From contig NEEC01000018.1 in the NCBI GenBank assembly GCA_002189035.1, forward strand, positions 434,001 to 498,000: a stretch of 64,000 bases of DNA, given 5' to 3'. The position numbers and the translations under genes were made by a program. Below, piece by piece: positions 52,101-64,000 of the stretch; within the stretch, counting starts at the first letter, position 1; each line of letters starts with the position of its first letter. Source of the stretch: Utricularia gibba. Taxonomy: Eukaryota; Plantae; Magnoliophyta. Under the pieces are notes generated by a model, which saw only the letters and a list, made by a program, of their open reading frames with translations, was not told the DNA's origin and made no database searches.

Positions 52101-55059
52101 ATGTTTGTGAATTTGTGAAATTGATAGGAATTCTTTGTAGATCTAAGAATAGATAAGCTGATAAATTTTTTTTTGAATATCATTGTAATAAAATCAAATT
52201 TCATATCAAATAAATTTATAACTTCTACTATTCACAAATACAAGTTCAAAAAATATGCATAGTGGTTTTCGGAGTCGATCACAAGGAATGAATGCTTACT
52301 ATGTGTTATAGTTTATGCAGGATTACAGAATAATTTCAATTTTAGTCTCAGGTTGAATTAATAGTAACAAACAAACTTCTTAAGTAAGGTCAAGTTACAA
52401 ATCAAAAAATAACAAGTGCTGGTTTTAAGTACGGGATAATACTAAGATGCTTCAAGAATGTGCAGGTGACGTGTTACTAAGGTCTCTAATTTAATATGCC
52501 ATTTCTAAAACAATTTTTCCTTGTGTTTTTTTGGTGATATACTAGTATATAGCATAAATCTTGAAGAGCACATCAACCACCTAATATTGATGTTTCAAAA
52601 CTTACAAAAGAATCAATTTTTTGTGAAGGTTTCTAAGTATATTTTCTACAACGAACAATTGAACTATATGGGTTATGTGATTAGTTCACATGGAATATAG
52701 GTTGATCAAAGCAAAGTTGAGGCTATACTCCAATGGAAATACCTCATACTTTGAAGGGTTTAAAGGGATTTCTAGGATTAGCTAGATATTACAAGAAATT
52801 TGTTACACTTTGGAAGTATCTAAAGACCATTGATTGCCATGCTCAACAAAAATAATATTCAATGCACTTTAGAGGCTGAAAGATCATTTGAGAAATTAAA
52901 AGAAGCCCTCACTCAATCCCCTATCCTAGTTGCTTCTAATTTCAATGAAGAGACTATTATCGAATATGATGCATCAAACCATTGCATTGGGACTGTGCTT
53001 CATCATGATCATCATCTAGTCGCTCGCTTCAGTAAAATACTAACTGACAAACATCAAGGATGTGCTACTTATGAAAAGGAGTTGATAGGAATTGTTTAGG
53101 CTATCAAGCATTGGCACAATTATTTATGAGGGAGGTATTTTACTATTAGAACCGATCACATAAGCTTGGAATTCGTTACTCAACAATCATTTTCTACACC
53201 ATTTCAACATAAATGGATGAGAAAATAGCTTGGTTATGATTTCAGTATAGATTGCCGACCAGGAAAGAAGAATAAGGTAGTTGATACCTTGTCTTGTAAG
53301 GAAGGAAGATTATGTGATGGAAATAGCTTCTATATTGATATCTCAATTGGAGCTGATGGATGATATCAGAAAAATGAATCAAGATCAACCACAATTACAG
53401 AAGATTGCTGCTAAAATATAGGAAGGTCTCCACAACTAACTCTAAAAATTCCAAAGAGGGCTGATTTACTATAAGAATCATATATATGTTGAAGCAAGAA
53501 CTCCTTTCACTGATAAGATTGTTGAAGCGATACACAACTACTTCCATGAAGGAATTCATAAGACTCTAATTAAGTCAAGAGAGATTTTTACTAGAAGGAG
53601 ATGAACCTCCAAGTGCAAGAATATGTGCAAAAGTATGAGATCTGTCAAAAAAGTAAGAGTGAGCAATGAAGGAGCATTGCAACTTTTATCTATTCTAGAA
53701 TTGATTTGATCTGAGATATCCATGGATTTTATCAAAGGGCTCTTTATTTCTAAAGGTCATTCAGGTTGTGTTTGACAAGCTATCTAAATATGCACATTTT
53801 CTATCCCTATCTCATCCTTACATAGCCATATATGTGGAAAACTTTTCTTTGAAATTTTTTTTAAGTTGCGAGAAGTGCCTGAGGTCATTGTCAATGATCG
53901 AGACACAACCTTAACTAATTTGTTTTGGAAAGAGTTGTTTGAATTGTCTGGGACCAGATTGAACTATACTATGGCATATCACCCTCAAAGTGATGACTGA
54001 ATTGAGGTGTTGAACAAGATTTTAGATACTTATCTCAATTGTTTTTTTGGTGATAGTCCTAATAAATAGGAAAACTGGCTTTCATAAGTTGAGTACATTT
54101 ATAATATGAGCTATCATAGTTCGATTGAATTTTTTCCATTTGAAATTGTTTATGATCGACCACCACCAACAATGATTTGTTATGATGGTCAAGCTAGAGT
54201 GACTGCTGTGGATATTGAACTCAAGAATAGAGATGAAATGTTAGTTATGCCCAAAGATAGATTGCATTAAAGTCAACAACTCATGAAATTTTATTTTGAT
54301 AAGAAACATAAAGAATTACAATTTTCTATAGGAGAAGTGGTCTGGCTCAAGCTGCCTATACCTCAACAAAGGACAATAACTAAATTTTCCAAACTCCACC
54401 ACAAATATTTTGTTCCTTTCATAGTTATTGAAAAGATTGGAAAATTCGCCCAATTTTCCATGTGTCTAAGCTTAAGAAATACATTTGAAATCTTTTCTCT
54501 TCCTTGTTATTCTTCAGTTAACTCCTAAAATTAATTTGCCGCTGCCCTAGGTTGTTGTGGAATTTAGAGGAATTCCTTCAAAGCATGAAGCCTTGATTCA
54601 TCGGAAAAATCAATCCCCTATTGAGGTTACTTTGAAACATCCGTTGAGCTTGCTTAAGCACTTTCCTGAGTTGGACATTCCAATTGAAGTAAGGGGAATG
54701 TCATATGGGATAAACCATCTTCAGAAGAAGTTACTAATATGTCAGAGGAGGAAAGGGATACACATATTGCAAACACAAATGAGGTGCCTAAAGAAAAGAA
54801 AGGATAGATAGAGAAGATGAGACTTGTCGATAATGCCAAGGAGCTAGTTATCTATTCTCATTGAAACAAGAACCAGATGGTTGCTAGTACTACAATTTAT
54901 ATTTCTAGTCATATTGATAAGTATGGTAATGGGATGTATGAGGAAGAAGAAGAGCTGTTTACCTCGACTCATTTCCACACATAAATTGACCAGGTGTGGG
55001 CTTTTTTTCATAATTCCTCCAATGAATGAAATATCATTGTCCCATTCACAAACCTCACA
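49164..55059 (+). mobile_element. Degenerate Reina-like chromoviral Ty3/gypsy element with both LTRs (49164-49374 and 54699-55059)
   Basis: The LTRs start TGTCAT.TGGGATAAACC and end CCTCA(TCA)CA. A tRNA-Met PBS TGGTATCAAAGC lies at 49377-49388 and a PPT before 54699. The TSD is CATCC/CATCG. There are gag, RT, RNase H and integrase remnants, and a chromodomain-like NQSPIEVT...LLKHFPEL. Confidence 0.85.
50100..51900 (+). mobile_element. MULE-4 remnant with an Ulp exon, lying inside the Reina-like element
   Basis: A TTGACC-repeat TIR-like tract at about 50160-50340. The exon from 51572 reads GHCTLVILCNFGEKYQRCVLILDSI, homologous to the His-Asp exon of MULE-1 and MULE-3. Confidence 0.55.
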
Positions 55060-55239
55060 CATCGTAGCATGACCATTGCATTGGAACCATGCAACAAGTT
55101 GGGTTTTTTCATTGAAGGCTATTATGCTCACTTATTTCAAATCCAAACTTTCTAGCAATAGGGTCGACATGATGATTCAATGTTGGTTGATGAATTCAAT
55201 TTATTAGGAATTGGTTGGTAATTTCAGAAAGTAAATTGA

Positions 55240-55960
55240 TATCCAAGTTGGGAGGCCCCTATGCACGAAGAGCTTTTAGCTCATGTAATCACACTTGGGA
55301 CATTGTTGACTTATTGGTAGGGCAGCATGCCATTCAATAAAAATGATTATATATGGTGAAGTTAAAATCCAATGGCACCTTTGATCATCGCAAAGCTCAA
55401 TTAGTGGCAAAGGGTGATACTCAAGTTGAGGGTATAGATTATTTTGAGATTTACCTATTGGTGGCCAAGATGGTCTTCATTTAGCTTTTTTTGGCATTGA
55501 TCGTTGACAAGAATGATCACTTGTACTAAATGGGTGTCAACAATGCCTTTCTTCATCTACTCTCAACAAAACACATACATGCATCTCTTAGAAAGTTATT
55601 TTTGCTCCATCTCAACTCAAGTGTGTTTGCTTATCTTCTTGTCAATGAAATTTGATGCTCACCACTTATCTTCTTTTTCAAGGTTTCACTCAATCATATG
55701 GTGATGCTTATCTCTTTCTAAAACACTCGAATGATATTTAATTGACAGATTTCATTTATCTGCTATTGAAGAACCTACAATTGGTTTGCACACTACATTT
55801 ATCATTAAAGATCTTAGTCTTGTCTCATTATTTCTTGGAGTGGAAGTGCGCTAATGCTCTACGGATATGTTTTTAAGCCAACATAAGTATGTGTAGGAAA
55901 TCTTACAGGCTTTTGGACAACTTCCTTCAAAAGGACCGACTACTCCACTCCATTTGGATG
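55240..55960 (+). mobile_element. Ty1/copia reverse transcriptase remnant
   Basis: TWDIVDL...KSNGT...LVAKGDTQVEGIDYF...VAKM...MGVNNAFLH is a decayed copia RT N-terminal region. Confidence 0.7.
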
Positions 55961-56779
55961 AACCGACTTCTATATCTCAGTTTCACAAGATTGGACTTGT
56001 CCTTTGATGACGCATATTTTCTTAGCATTTTATAATACAAAACTATAATGTTTTGTTGTGATTGGACTGAAAATATTTTTGCAAAGTACACTTCCTATTT
56101 CTATTCTTGTTTTCGACAAAAATAATTTTTGAGTATAGTTAAAAATAAAGCATAAGTGGAAATAATAAAACAACTACTTCTAATTTTCATTTCTATTTCT
56201 ATCAAGAAATTCTTGAAAATATATTTCACCTTACGCTTGGGCTTCTTTGAAAAGATCATCATACACTCAACAATCCACTAAACAATTTCTTAAATTTTTA
56301 TCTGAGATGGCCATTCCTAGAATAATCCCACATTTTTTTATCAGAGACGACCAATCCTCATGGCGGCGAAATAACTACTGGCCTTTGTTCCCTCGATTCC
56401 TTCTCTCTTTCTCTATCGGGTGCAAATATAATATGAGGAAGGAGCTGTTTCACATGGGTTTCGGGGTAATAAGAGTTTAGTATAAATAGAGGTCCGTTTT
56501 GCAATAAATTCTAAGTACTTTTTATAGTTATAACAGATTTCTAGGCTTGCTTTGAAGATCGAACTTTTTTATCACATGGGTTTCATTTTAGAATGGTTGT
56601 TGAGAAAATTGTAGTCGATTTTAATGGTTCCTCATTTTTTTAGATGTTTCTTTATTAAAGAAGTGCAAATATGATGATGACAGTGATGCCTATGGGTGAA
56701 TTTTTGGAGCTATTGTGTTATTTTTTTATTTTCTCATTATGAATTCTTTTGTTTTACTTATCATTATAACAGTGCAAAC

Positions 56780-57140
56780 ATCATGAATACAAGCAATTAG
56801 AAAAGAAAAAAAGTGTTCTTGGTGGTAGAACTTCCACCATTTCCACAAGCATAAAAGAAAAATTTTATTGGCATGATGTTAGCATAGAAATGTATTTGAA
56901 ACTTGCACTGGAGGAATTGGAAAAGGGAAATATGCGGAAGGATGGGAGAACCTTCAAAAAGGAATGAATACAGTATGAAATTATCAATTTGACGTGATTC
57001 AAATCAAGAACAAGTGGAATACTCTTCTAAAATACTGAAGTTGCTATAGAGGATTGACCAAAATGACTGGGATAGATTGAGGTGAGAATGGTTGGACTAT
57101 CAAGATGAATGCCGATTGGTGGAATCTTCGTATTCAGGTT
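56780..57140 (+). mobile_element. Myb/SANT-like Harbinger ORF1 remnant
   Basis: KFYWHDVSIEMYLKLALEELEKGN...GWENLQK... is followed by a donor at about 57138. Confidence 0.45.
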
Positions 57141-58099
57141 ACTATGATTTGTTGTTGATCTTTTTTGAGTTTTGTTTTTAACAACATACAGTTTCTCTGA
57201 GTTTTGCTAGTTTTATTTGTTTTTTTTTTCTTGGTTTGTTTTCGTTTGATGCTGATTTTGCATTTAGTTTTTATTGTTTTCTTTTTTTTGGCTCTCACAT
57301 TGCAAGTGGTTGGGTTTTCAAATGAAGCAATAAACTTGTATAAAGTATTTCATTTTATAAATTAAAAGTTGAGAATTATTATTATTTAATCTCCATTTTA
57401 TTAATATAAGAGGCTTCCTTTATTTTTCAGTTTTTACAAAGATATGAATTTTTGTTTGTTTTTCATTTCTTGCATTAATGGTGAAAATTAATGGGTGTTA
57501 TTATATGTAACGGATGCTACTTATTATTGTAGTTATATTTTGTTTTGATTTGTTTGTTCATTTATTTTATATTATTCGTGACATTATTTTTTTCATGTAG
57601 TAAAATGCTCTTAATGCAAAATTCAAGGACACGCCTCCAATGTTTGCAAAACTATATCAAGTTATTTGACTCTATTGTTGAACATGCACTTGAACATTAT
57701 GTCTCTAATGGTGATCTGCAACAAAACAATTCATAATCTGAAGAATCTAATGGTGAGAATGCACCAATTATGGGACTGGTTGATATAAATCATATGAAGC
57801 TACCTCAAAATAAAGAGAGACAAGACCAACAATCTACACCTACAATGGGACCGTAGAAATAGTGATCATGTAGCTACTTCTTCAAAAAGATGGCAAAAGC
57901 TTCTGAGACAATATCATCATTGGCATTGGAGCAACCATGTGCCACTTAACCTACAATTTGAGCTGTTTGTAGAAAGTTCACTTTGATGAATGTTGGCAAA
58001 AGATGACAATTTGAGTTGTTTGGAGCAATCATGTGCCACTTAAATGGCATTGATAAACGTTTAGAATGGGTTGCTAAATGTCACGGTTTAGCACATTCA

Positions 58100-58910
58100 A
58101 CGCATCAAAAGAAATTTATAAATTTAGTTATTTTACTACACAAATTCTAGGAATTAATGTAGTGTGGTAAGCAAAGATAGAATCCACAGGAAATGGTTCC
58201 AATTTCCTGAAGTTTATCACATTTACTAAAAACAAGGAGTTTTATGGGGGTTTAGCTCTAATGCGTGTAAAATATAAAATAGCAGTAGTTGAAATAAACT
58301 AGTTGCAGAAATGAAAAGGCATTGAAAATTAACGTGAATATGCATAAAACATAAAATAAAAGTGAATTAGCTGGGTTTCATACTAGGATTTGGCTCTTGT
58401 GTCACTCAAAAGAGCCCATAGGCTTAAACCCAACTTTAAAATGCTCAAAAATAGAGCAAGGGTTTGTAGTAACAGTAAAAAGCATGTTAAACTTAGAACT
58501 AAACACAAAAAGGTTAAACATGAACATATTCATAAGCTAAAATAAGGTCTAAAGAAGATTTCCCGTTCACAACTAAGTACCAAAAACATGCAGAAAGCAT
58601 GAAAACGATACATTAACAATAGCAAGTTCAACACAGAAATGGAGGTGCAGAAAAATGCAAATAAAAGTGTCAGTCTGCTTGTGTGGGCTATAGATCTGCT
58701 GGGAATCAAATTTTTGGACGGACAGCTGGTGTAGAAATGTAGATCTGGAGGTCGCTGGAGAAACACAGTTCTCCTCACTCCCAGTCCGCTACTGTGCGCT
58801 CTCCCCATCTCTACTGTTCGCTGGAGATAATTTAGCACACTAAACAACATTTATCCCTACAAAATATACTTAAAAACATATATAAAAATACAATAAAAAC
58901 GGTGTTATGA
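58100..58910 (-). mobile_element. Athila-like LTR fragment
   Basis: The minus-strand start ...tatatgtttttaagtatattttgtaggg and the gaatccacagg motif near the other end resemble Athila-type LTRs. Termini and TSD were not resolved. Confidence 0.35.
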
Positions 58911-61900
58911 GGCATACGTTTGGAGGATTTTTCACACAAGATGGAAAGGGTAGTAGTATCGAAAATGTAGAGGCTACTTGTGAGGGAGAGTGTGGTGATG
59001 AAGATGGAGAGGATGTAGTTGATGAAGAGGCATTGTATGATTTTGACTATAAAATTCTTCCTGATTATAATGGTGATGATAAAGCAATCAATCATACAGA
59101 GATGGCTATTGAGGTAGTAGGAGCAGGTATTTTATTAGGCACTCTAGACTATGCTGATGACATTGGGTGTATTGATTCAAATGTTGGTCATGTTAGTAGT
59201 AGTGATGATGATTTACCATGTGAAAATGAATATAGTGAGGAGGGGTTGGAAGAAGATGATGATAACAAACTAGGATACTTCAATCCTAACTTTAATTATA
59301 AAGATAATGCAAAACATTTAAATATAAAGATGGTGAAGATGTGAAGGAAGAACCATCAATTATTACAGATGAAGGAGGGAGCCAAGTGGTAGAAGAAAAT
59401 CTAAAATGGTTTAATATTGACCTTGGATGGACTATTCAAGAGTTAGAGTAAGTCGAAGATCATGATTGATTTGTTATTAATTATCTTTATTATATATTGT
59501 GTTTCATTAAAGTGCTTTCGAAATGCAAGGTTGGCACTTGCTTTACTAGAAAAGATACAAGCTAAGAAACAATTAGAAGATTATTGTGTGAAGAAAGGTA
59601 TTGAATGGAAGTTTATGAAAAATGATGAGTGACGATTGATTTTGATTTGTAAATTCAAGGGCTGTTCTTGGAAGGTTATTGTTAAGAGAAAAGAGTATTG
59701 TTGTTGGCTTGTTGAAGAGGTCTCTGATCATTGTAATGAATGTGTGCCTCATTCAAATAATAGGTCGGTTAGACCACAGCGGATTGGGCGAAAATATTTC
59801 CAAAAGATTATGAATCAACCAAAGTATCCACTGAAAGCTTTTTGTCGTGACATTCAAACAGATTACAACCTTCAATGTGCACCTCACACAATCAGAAGAG
59901 GTAGAGAGTATGCCCGGAAGTTGAGTACATGTTTTGAAGTTTCAGAATTTGTTAAATTACGTTTGTATGTGGCCCAATATAAGCAGTCGAATCTTGGAGC
60001 AACCATTGAAATCTTAGAGTGTCGTGATGGTGATTCCATTGATTGATTAATGTGCGCAGGCGTCTACTTTTGTCCAAAGGTATGTTTTTTATTCTTTTTG
60101 TTATTGGGTAAAAGTATGGATTGATTTTCTTCAAAATTTGTTGTTCACAAATTGCTTACACATAGGCTTGTAGAGATGGCTTTGCATTAAGTGAGAGGAA
60201 AGTGATTGGAGTTGATGGATCACACTTGTTGTCTAATGTACAAAGGAAGTTACTAGTGGCAACTACATGTGACCCAAACAATGGAGTGTATCCCTTGGCA
60301 TGGGGAGTAGTCGGAGAGGAGACATACAAGAGTTGGAAGTGGTTCCTTCGATTGTTTGTCAAGGATTATGGTATAACCAACGAGAACTCATCAACATTCA
60401 CAGTAATTTCTGATCGAGGGACAGGGATTATTCCTGCCATTCAGCAAGTAATGCCGGGAATGCATGTAAGGTTTTATTTATTTTAAATAGTTAGCATGGG
60501 ATACACATGGTTTTTCATAACTTATTTCTTTGTGCATTCAGATTCGTTATTGTGTGGTCCATTTGCTAAAAAACATGAGAAGACATGTGAGGGTTGATCT
60601 ACATGACAGAGTTCGACAACTAGTATGGAATGCAACACGATCAACAACTCAAGCAGAGTTCAAGGAAGTAATATGAAAGTTAGAGGGGATTTGCCCTAAG
60701 GATCATGGTTATCTTTCAGCAATAAACCCCAAGTATTGGGTGCGAGCATATTTTCAAAAGAGCAACAAATGTCCTCTGCTTACGAATAATAATTCGGAAT
60801 CTCTGAATGCTGCATTGAAGAAAACCCGTGGCTTACCCTTCATCAACATGTTGGACAAGATCAATGATAAATTTGCAGAGTGGTTTGTTGAGAGGAGGCA
60901 GGGATCACTTAAGTGGCCTGGACCACTTGGGAATCGAATTGATGCGATTTTAGCAAGAAATGTTGCAGTTGGTAGAGATGGGTGGATAGAGATGGATGAT
61001 AGAGAAAACTTTCGATGGTCCCATGCCAATGACATCGTCACTCCGAGACTTAGAAATTGTTCATGTGATTGCGGAGAATGGCAAATCACAAGTTTGATTC
61101 TTTTCTGATCAGTTTTTTCATCTTTTTTGAAATATTTTTATCTATTATTCTTTCACATCCTAGGTATATCATGTAAGCATGCGTGTCAGGCTATTATTCA
61201 CATCAAAGGAACATTATTAGAGTTCGTGCATCCTTCTTACTTCAAGGTCAATTATGTAGCGATGTACGATGGTGATATCTATCGGTTACCAGGTGCCAAG
61301 CATTGGCCTCCAGATGATCTGCCTCCATTGTTGCCGCCACCTTGGAAGCATAGGAAGCCAGGACGTCTAGCTAAAAAACAAGCTTCACGGATGAAAAGTG
61401 TGTTTTGCAATGGTTGTGGTGAGAAAGGGCATAATCGTAGGAAATGCCTCAATAAAAAGATAGACGACGATACTAATGATATTGAGGAGCAAACTTGTGG
61501 CCCACCATCAGAAGACATAAATTCGACAAATGATGTCACTGAGGGGTCATGTAATGATGATCACTTGACGAAAGATGGATCTTGTCAATAGCAAGGAAAC
61601 AAGAGGAATCAACATGAACCCCAGGTATCTGAATAAGCGTTTACTTAATTTTAATCAATAATGTTCAATGTTGTACAATCATGAACACGTTAAACAACCA
61701 AAGCAAGATGCAACCAAACGGCGATCTGCCAAGCCCCAAAAGAAAACCAATGTCACCTTTCATTGTAGTTATGTTGAAGGAGGGGTTGTAAATATGAACA
61801 CCGGAAACAGGCAAGATGTGCAGGTGCAATAAGGCAAAATGGCAAAATTGAAAAGTGCACGAAATGAGCCAATCGCACCACATTTAAGAGTATATGGTTG

Positions 61901-62885
61901 TTTGTGGGATGATGTTTTACAATCTGTCATTGAGTAAGTAATGAGAAACAGTTTTTTCTAGCACATAATGATATTTGTTTCACGTTTTCTTATATTTTTA
62001 TGACAGAAAACTTGCTAAGAAGCAACCAAAGTCAAGGATGCGTGGAGTAGTTATTGTTGATGTATTGTGGTTTGGGAATGCAGCGGAGCGTAATTTTCAA
62101 CATAGGCTAATGCCAAATTGGCTTAAAAGGAATGAATCATGGAACAAGAACTACATAATTATTCCAATATGGATGGAGTAAGTAATGCTTATATGTATTT
62201 TGCTTTTGGTTTCATATAAGTCATATTATATGAACTTTATTTTCGTAGGGGCCATTATGATTTAGCTATATTCTGTAATTTGGGATGCAAAGAAAATCGA
62301 TGTGTTCTTGTACTTAATTCACTGCACTTAGACTACCAAAAAGGGCGTGAAGCTGCCATCCGCAGGTATTTTTTGTTTAGGATGATCCTAAATGACATAT
62401 AGGTTGGGTATCTAATTGATTTCACTTAGGTTGCTTTCTGTGATCCTCATAGCGAATGGGGAAACTGAGGAGGATGCTTTAAAGGTTTTGATTCATTGGC
62501 CTTTGATGAGTAATATGTAGTGATGTTGTTTCGCTTCATAGTACAAACGTTATTGTTGTGTTGATTTGACAGGTGCCTTTACAAGAGGGGGGATCTGAGT
62601 GTGGGATTTATACGTTGATGTACTTCGACTTATTCATAGCATAGAAACCGGAGAAATACATACTAGATGGTTATCCTCACTTTGTAAGTAATGACTTCTC
62701 ATAAGTATTTTAAATATCATTTCATATCATCTAGTAATTTATCTCTTATTTTATAGATGGTTCCGGAGTGGTTTACTGATGATGAAATTCGAAAGTTTGC
62801 ACAAGATATGCGAATTCCACGCCATCGACGCAACATTTCAGATGTGGGAACACAAGAGGGTGAAAAGATGGATTCTTATCTTTGA
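58907..62885 (+). mobile_element. MULE-3: decayed MuDRA-like transposase followed by an intron-containing Ulp module
   Basis: An acidic N-terminus is followed by VIGVDGSHL...YPLAWGVVGEETYKSWKWFL, NNNSESLN, SWIM CDCGEWQI-GISCKHA and CCHC CNGCGEKGHNRRKC. Then come NYIIIPIWME-GHYDLAIFCN...LNSL, VPLQEGGSECGIY and MVPEWF. No TIRs were identified. Confidence 0.85.
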
Positions 62886-64000
62886 GTTATTAGCACTGGT
62901 TATAATTATCTAAATTTACTTATGAAACATTGTTGATCTCTTTTGTTCAATGAATATATATCTTAGCAGTAGGGGAAGCTCGGCCAGATTACCTAAATCC
63001 ATAAATTCATAAATCCACTTGCCCATTATAGATAATAATTATTATTTTGATTTTATGTTCTTCAACTGAGTTTACTCAATTGTAATTCTAGCAATTGTTA
63101 GAAAAAAAAAATCATTGAGGTGTTAACATTAAATTTATTCAAAATTTGATTTTAAACTTAAATATTTAGTAATAAATGTTCGAATTTATTATAATTATAA
63201 GTATTAATGAGTTAACATTCAATTTATTGTATACTTTTTACATCAAAATAATATTTTCAACGTAAAATTCAACTTTAAATTCTATTAGATTTCTCCCAAG
63301 AATCCAAATTTAAACTCTAAATTCGTATTCATTTTACTTCCATAAATTTTAAGAATTTTTATTTTATTTTAAAGACCATTAAACTGATAAAATAATTATA
63401 TATATAGACATATTTTTCTATTATTTTAGGATTATAGTGATATGTTTAATAAATAGTGATAAGAAATGTATATTATTGAAAAAGTCGAACAATATATTAT
63501 TAGTAAGTTAAGTCAATACAAACTTTCCAATGCTCTTTTAATCATAATCATAATTATAAATATATTCACCCAAATAGAATATTATTGAACAAATCCAACA
63601 ATATTTGATTACAAAAAAGGGGCACTACATGATGAAAAACAAGATTTGATATTCAACAACACCATTATCAAAAGAAATTGACAACAAAATTCCCAATGAA
63701 CATTGAATGATTTATTTGTGGAATGAGTGTTGCCAACTTAAAAAATTTTAAATGATTATAATATTTTTATAAGAATTAATCACATCATATTCTCATTTTA
63801 TGAACTCATATTTTTTAAAAATTCAAATTTTTAAATCAATTTTATTATCTTATTTTTCATTTAATTGACAAGTTCTAATATCAATGTAACCATCTTTATA
63901 AACACTTTAATTTTTTTTAAAAAAATCAAACATGGTTCAATATAGATCAAAATGCATATGGTAGTTGGGTCAAAACAATCAAAAAAAAGATAACATTCAA

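Overview
Flowering-plant nuclear DNA (GT-AG introns, GC-richer exons in AT-rich intergenic sequence, many decayed transposons). There is a small island of host genes: an LRP1-type SHI/STY (SRS) zinc-finger gene, three tandem class III peroxidases on the minus strand, plastid ribosomal protein L11, a soluble pyrophosphatase, an MTP1-type zinc transporter and a PLS-E PPR gene. It is surrounded by nested CRM-, Reina- and Athila-like Ty3/gypsy remnants, copia and PIF/Harbinger remnants, and five Mutator-like (MULE) remnants. The most notable signal is a MULE family carrying an Ulp1/C48 SUMO-protease module. It occurs in four diverged copies, three of them with clearly shared intron positions. In the best-preserved copy (18869-23300, 121-bp TIRs, perfect 10-bp TSD), manual splicing joins transposase and protease into one reading frame, provided one decayed splice donor is restored. 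Other points of interest are two single-base deletions in the MTP1 His loop, a +1 frameshift in the third peroxidase (either real alleles or homopolymer consensus errors), a Cys-rich uORF in the MTP1 leader, and an AUG-less in-frame extension of the LRP1-like gene. All calls come from manual reading and translation. No database search was run, and TE lineage names rest on remembered motifs.
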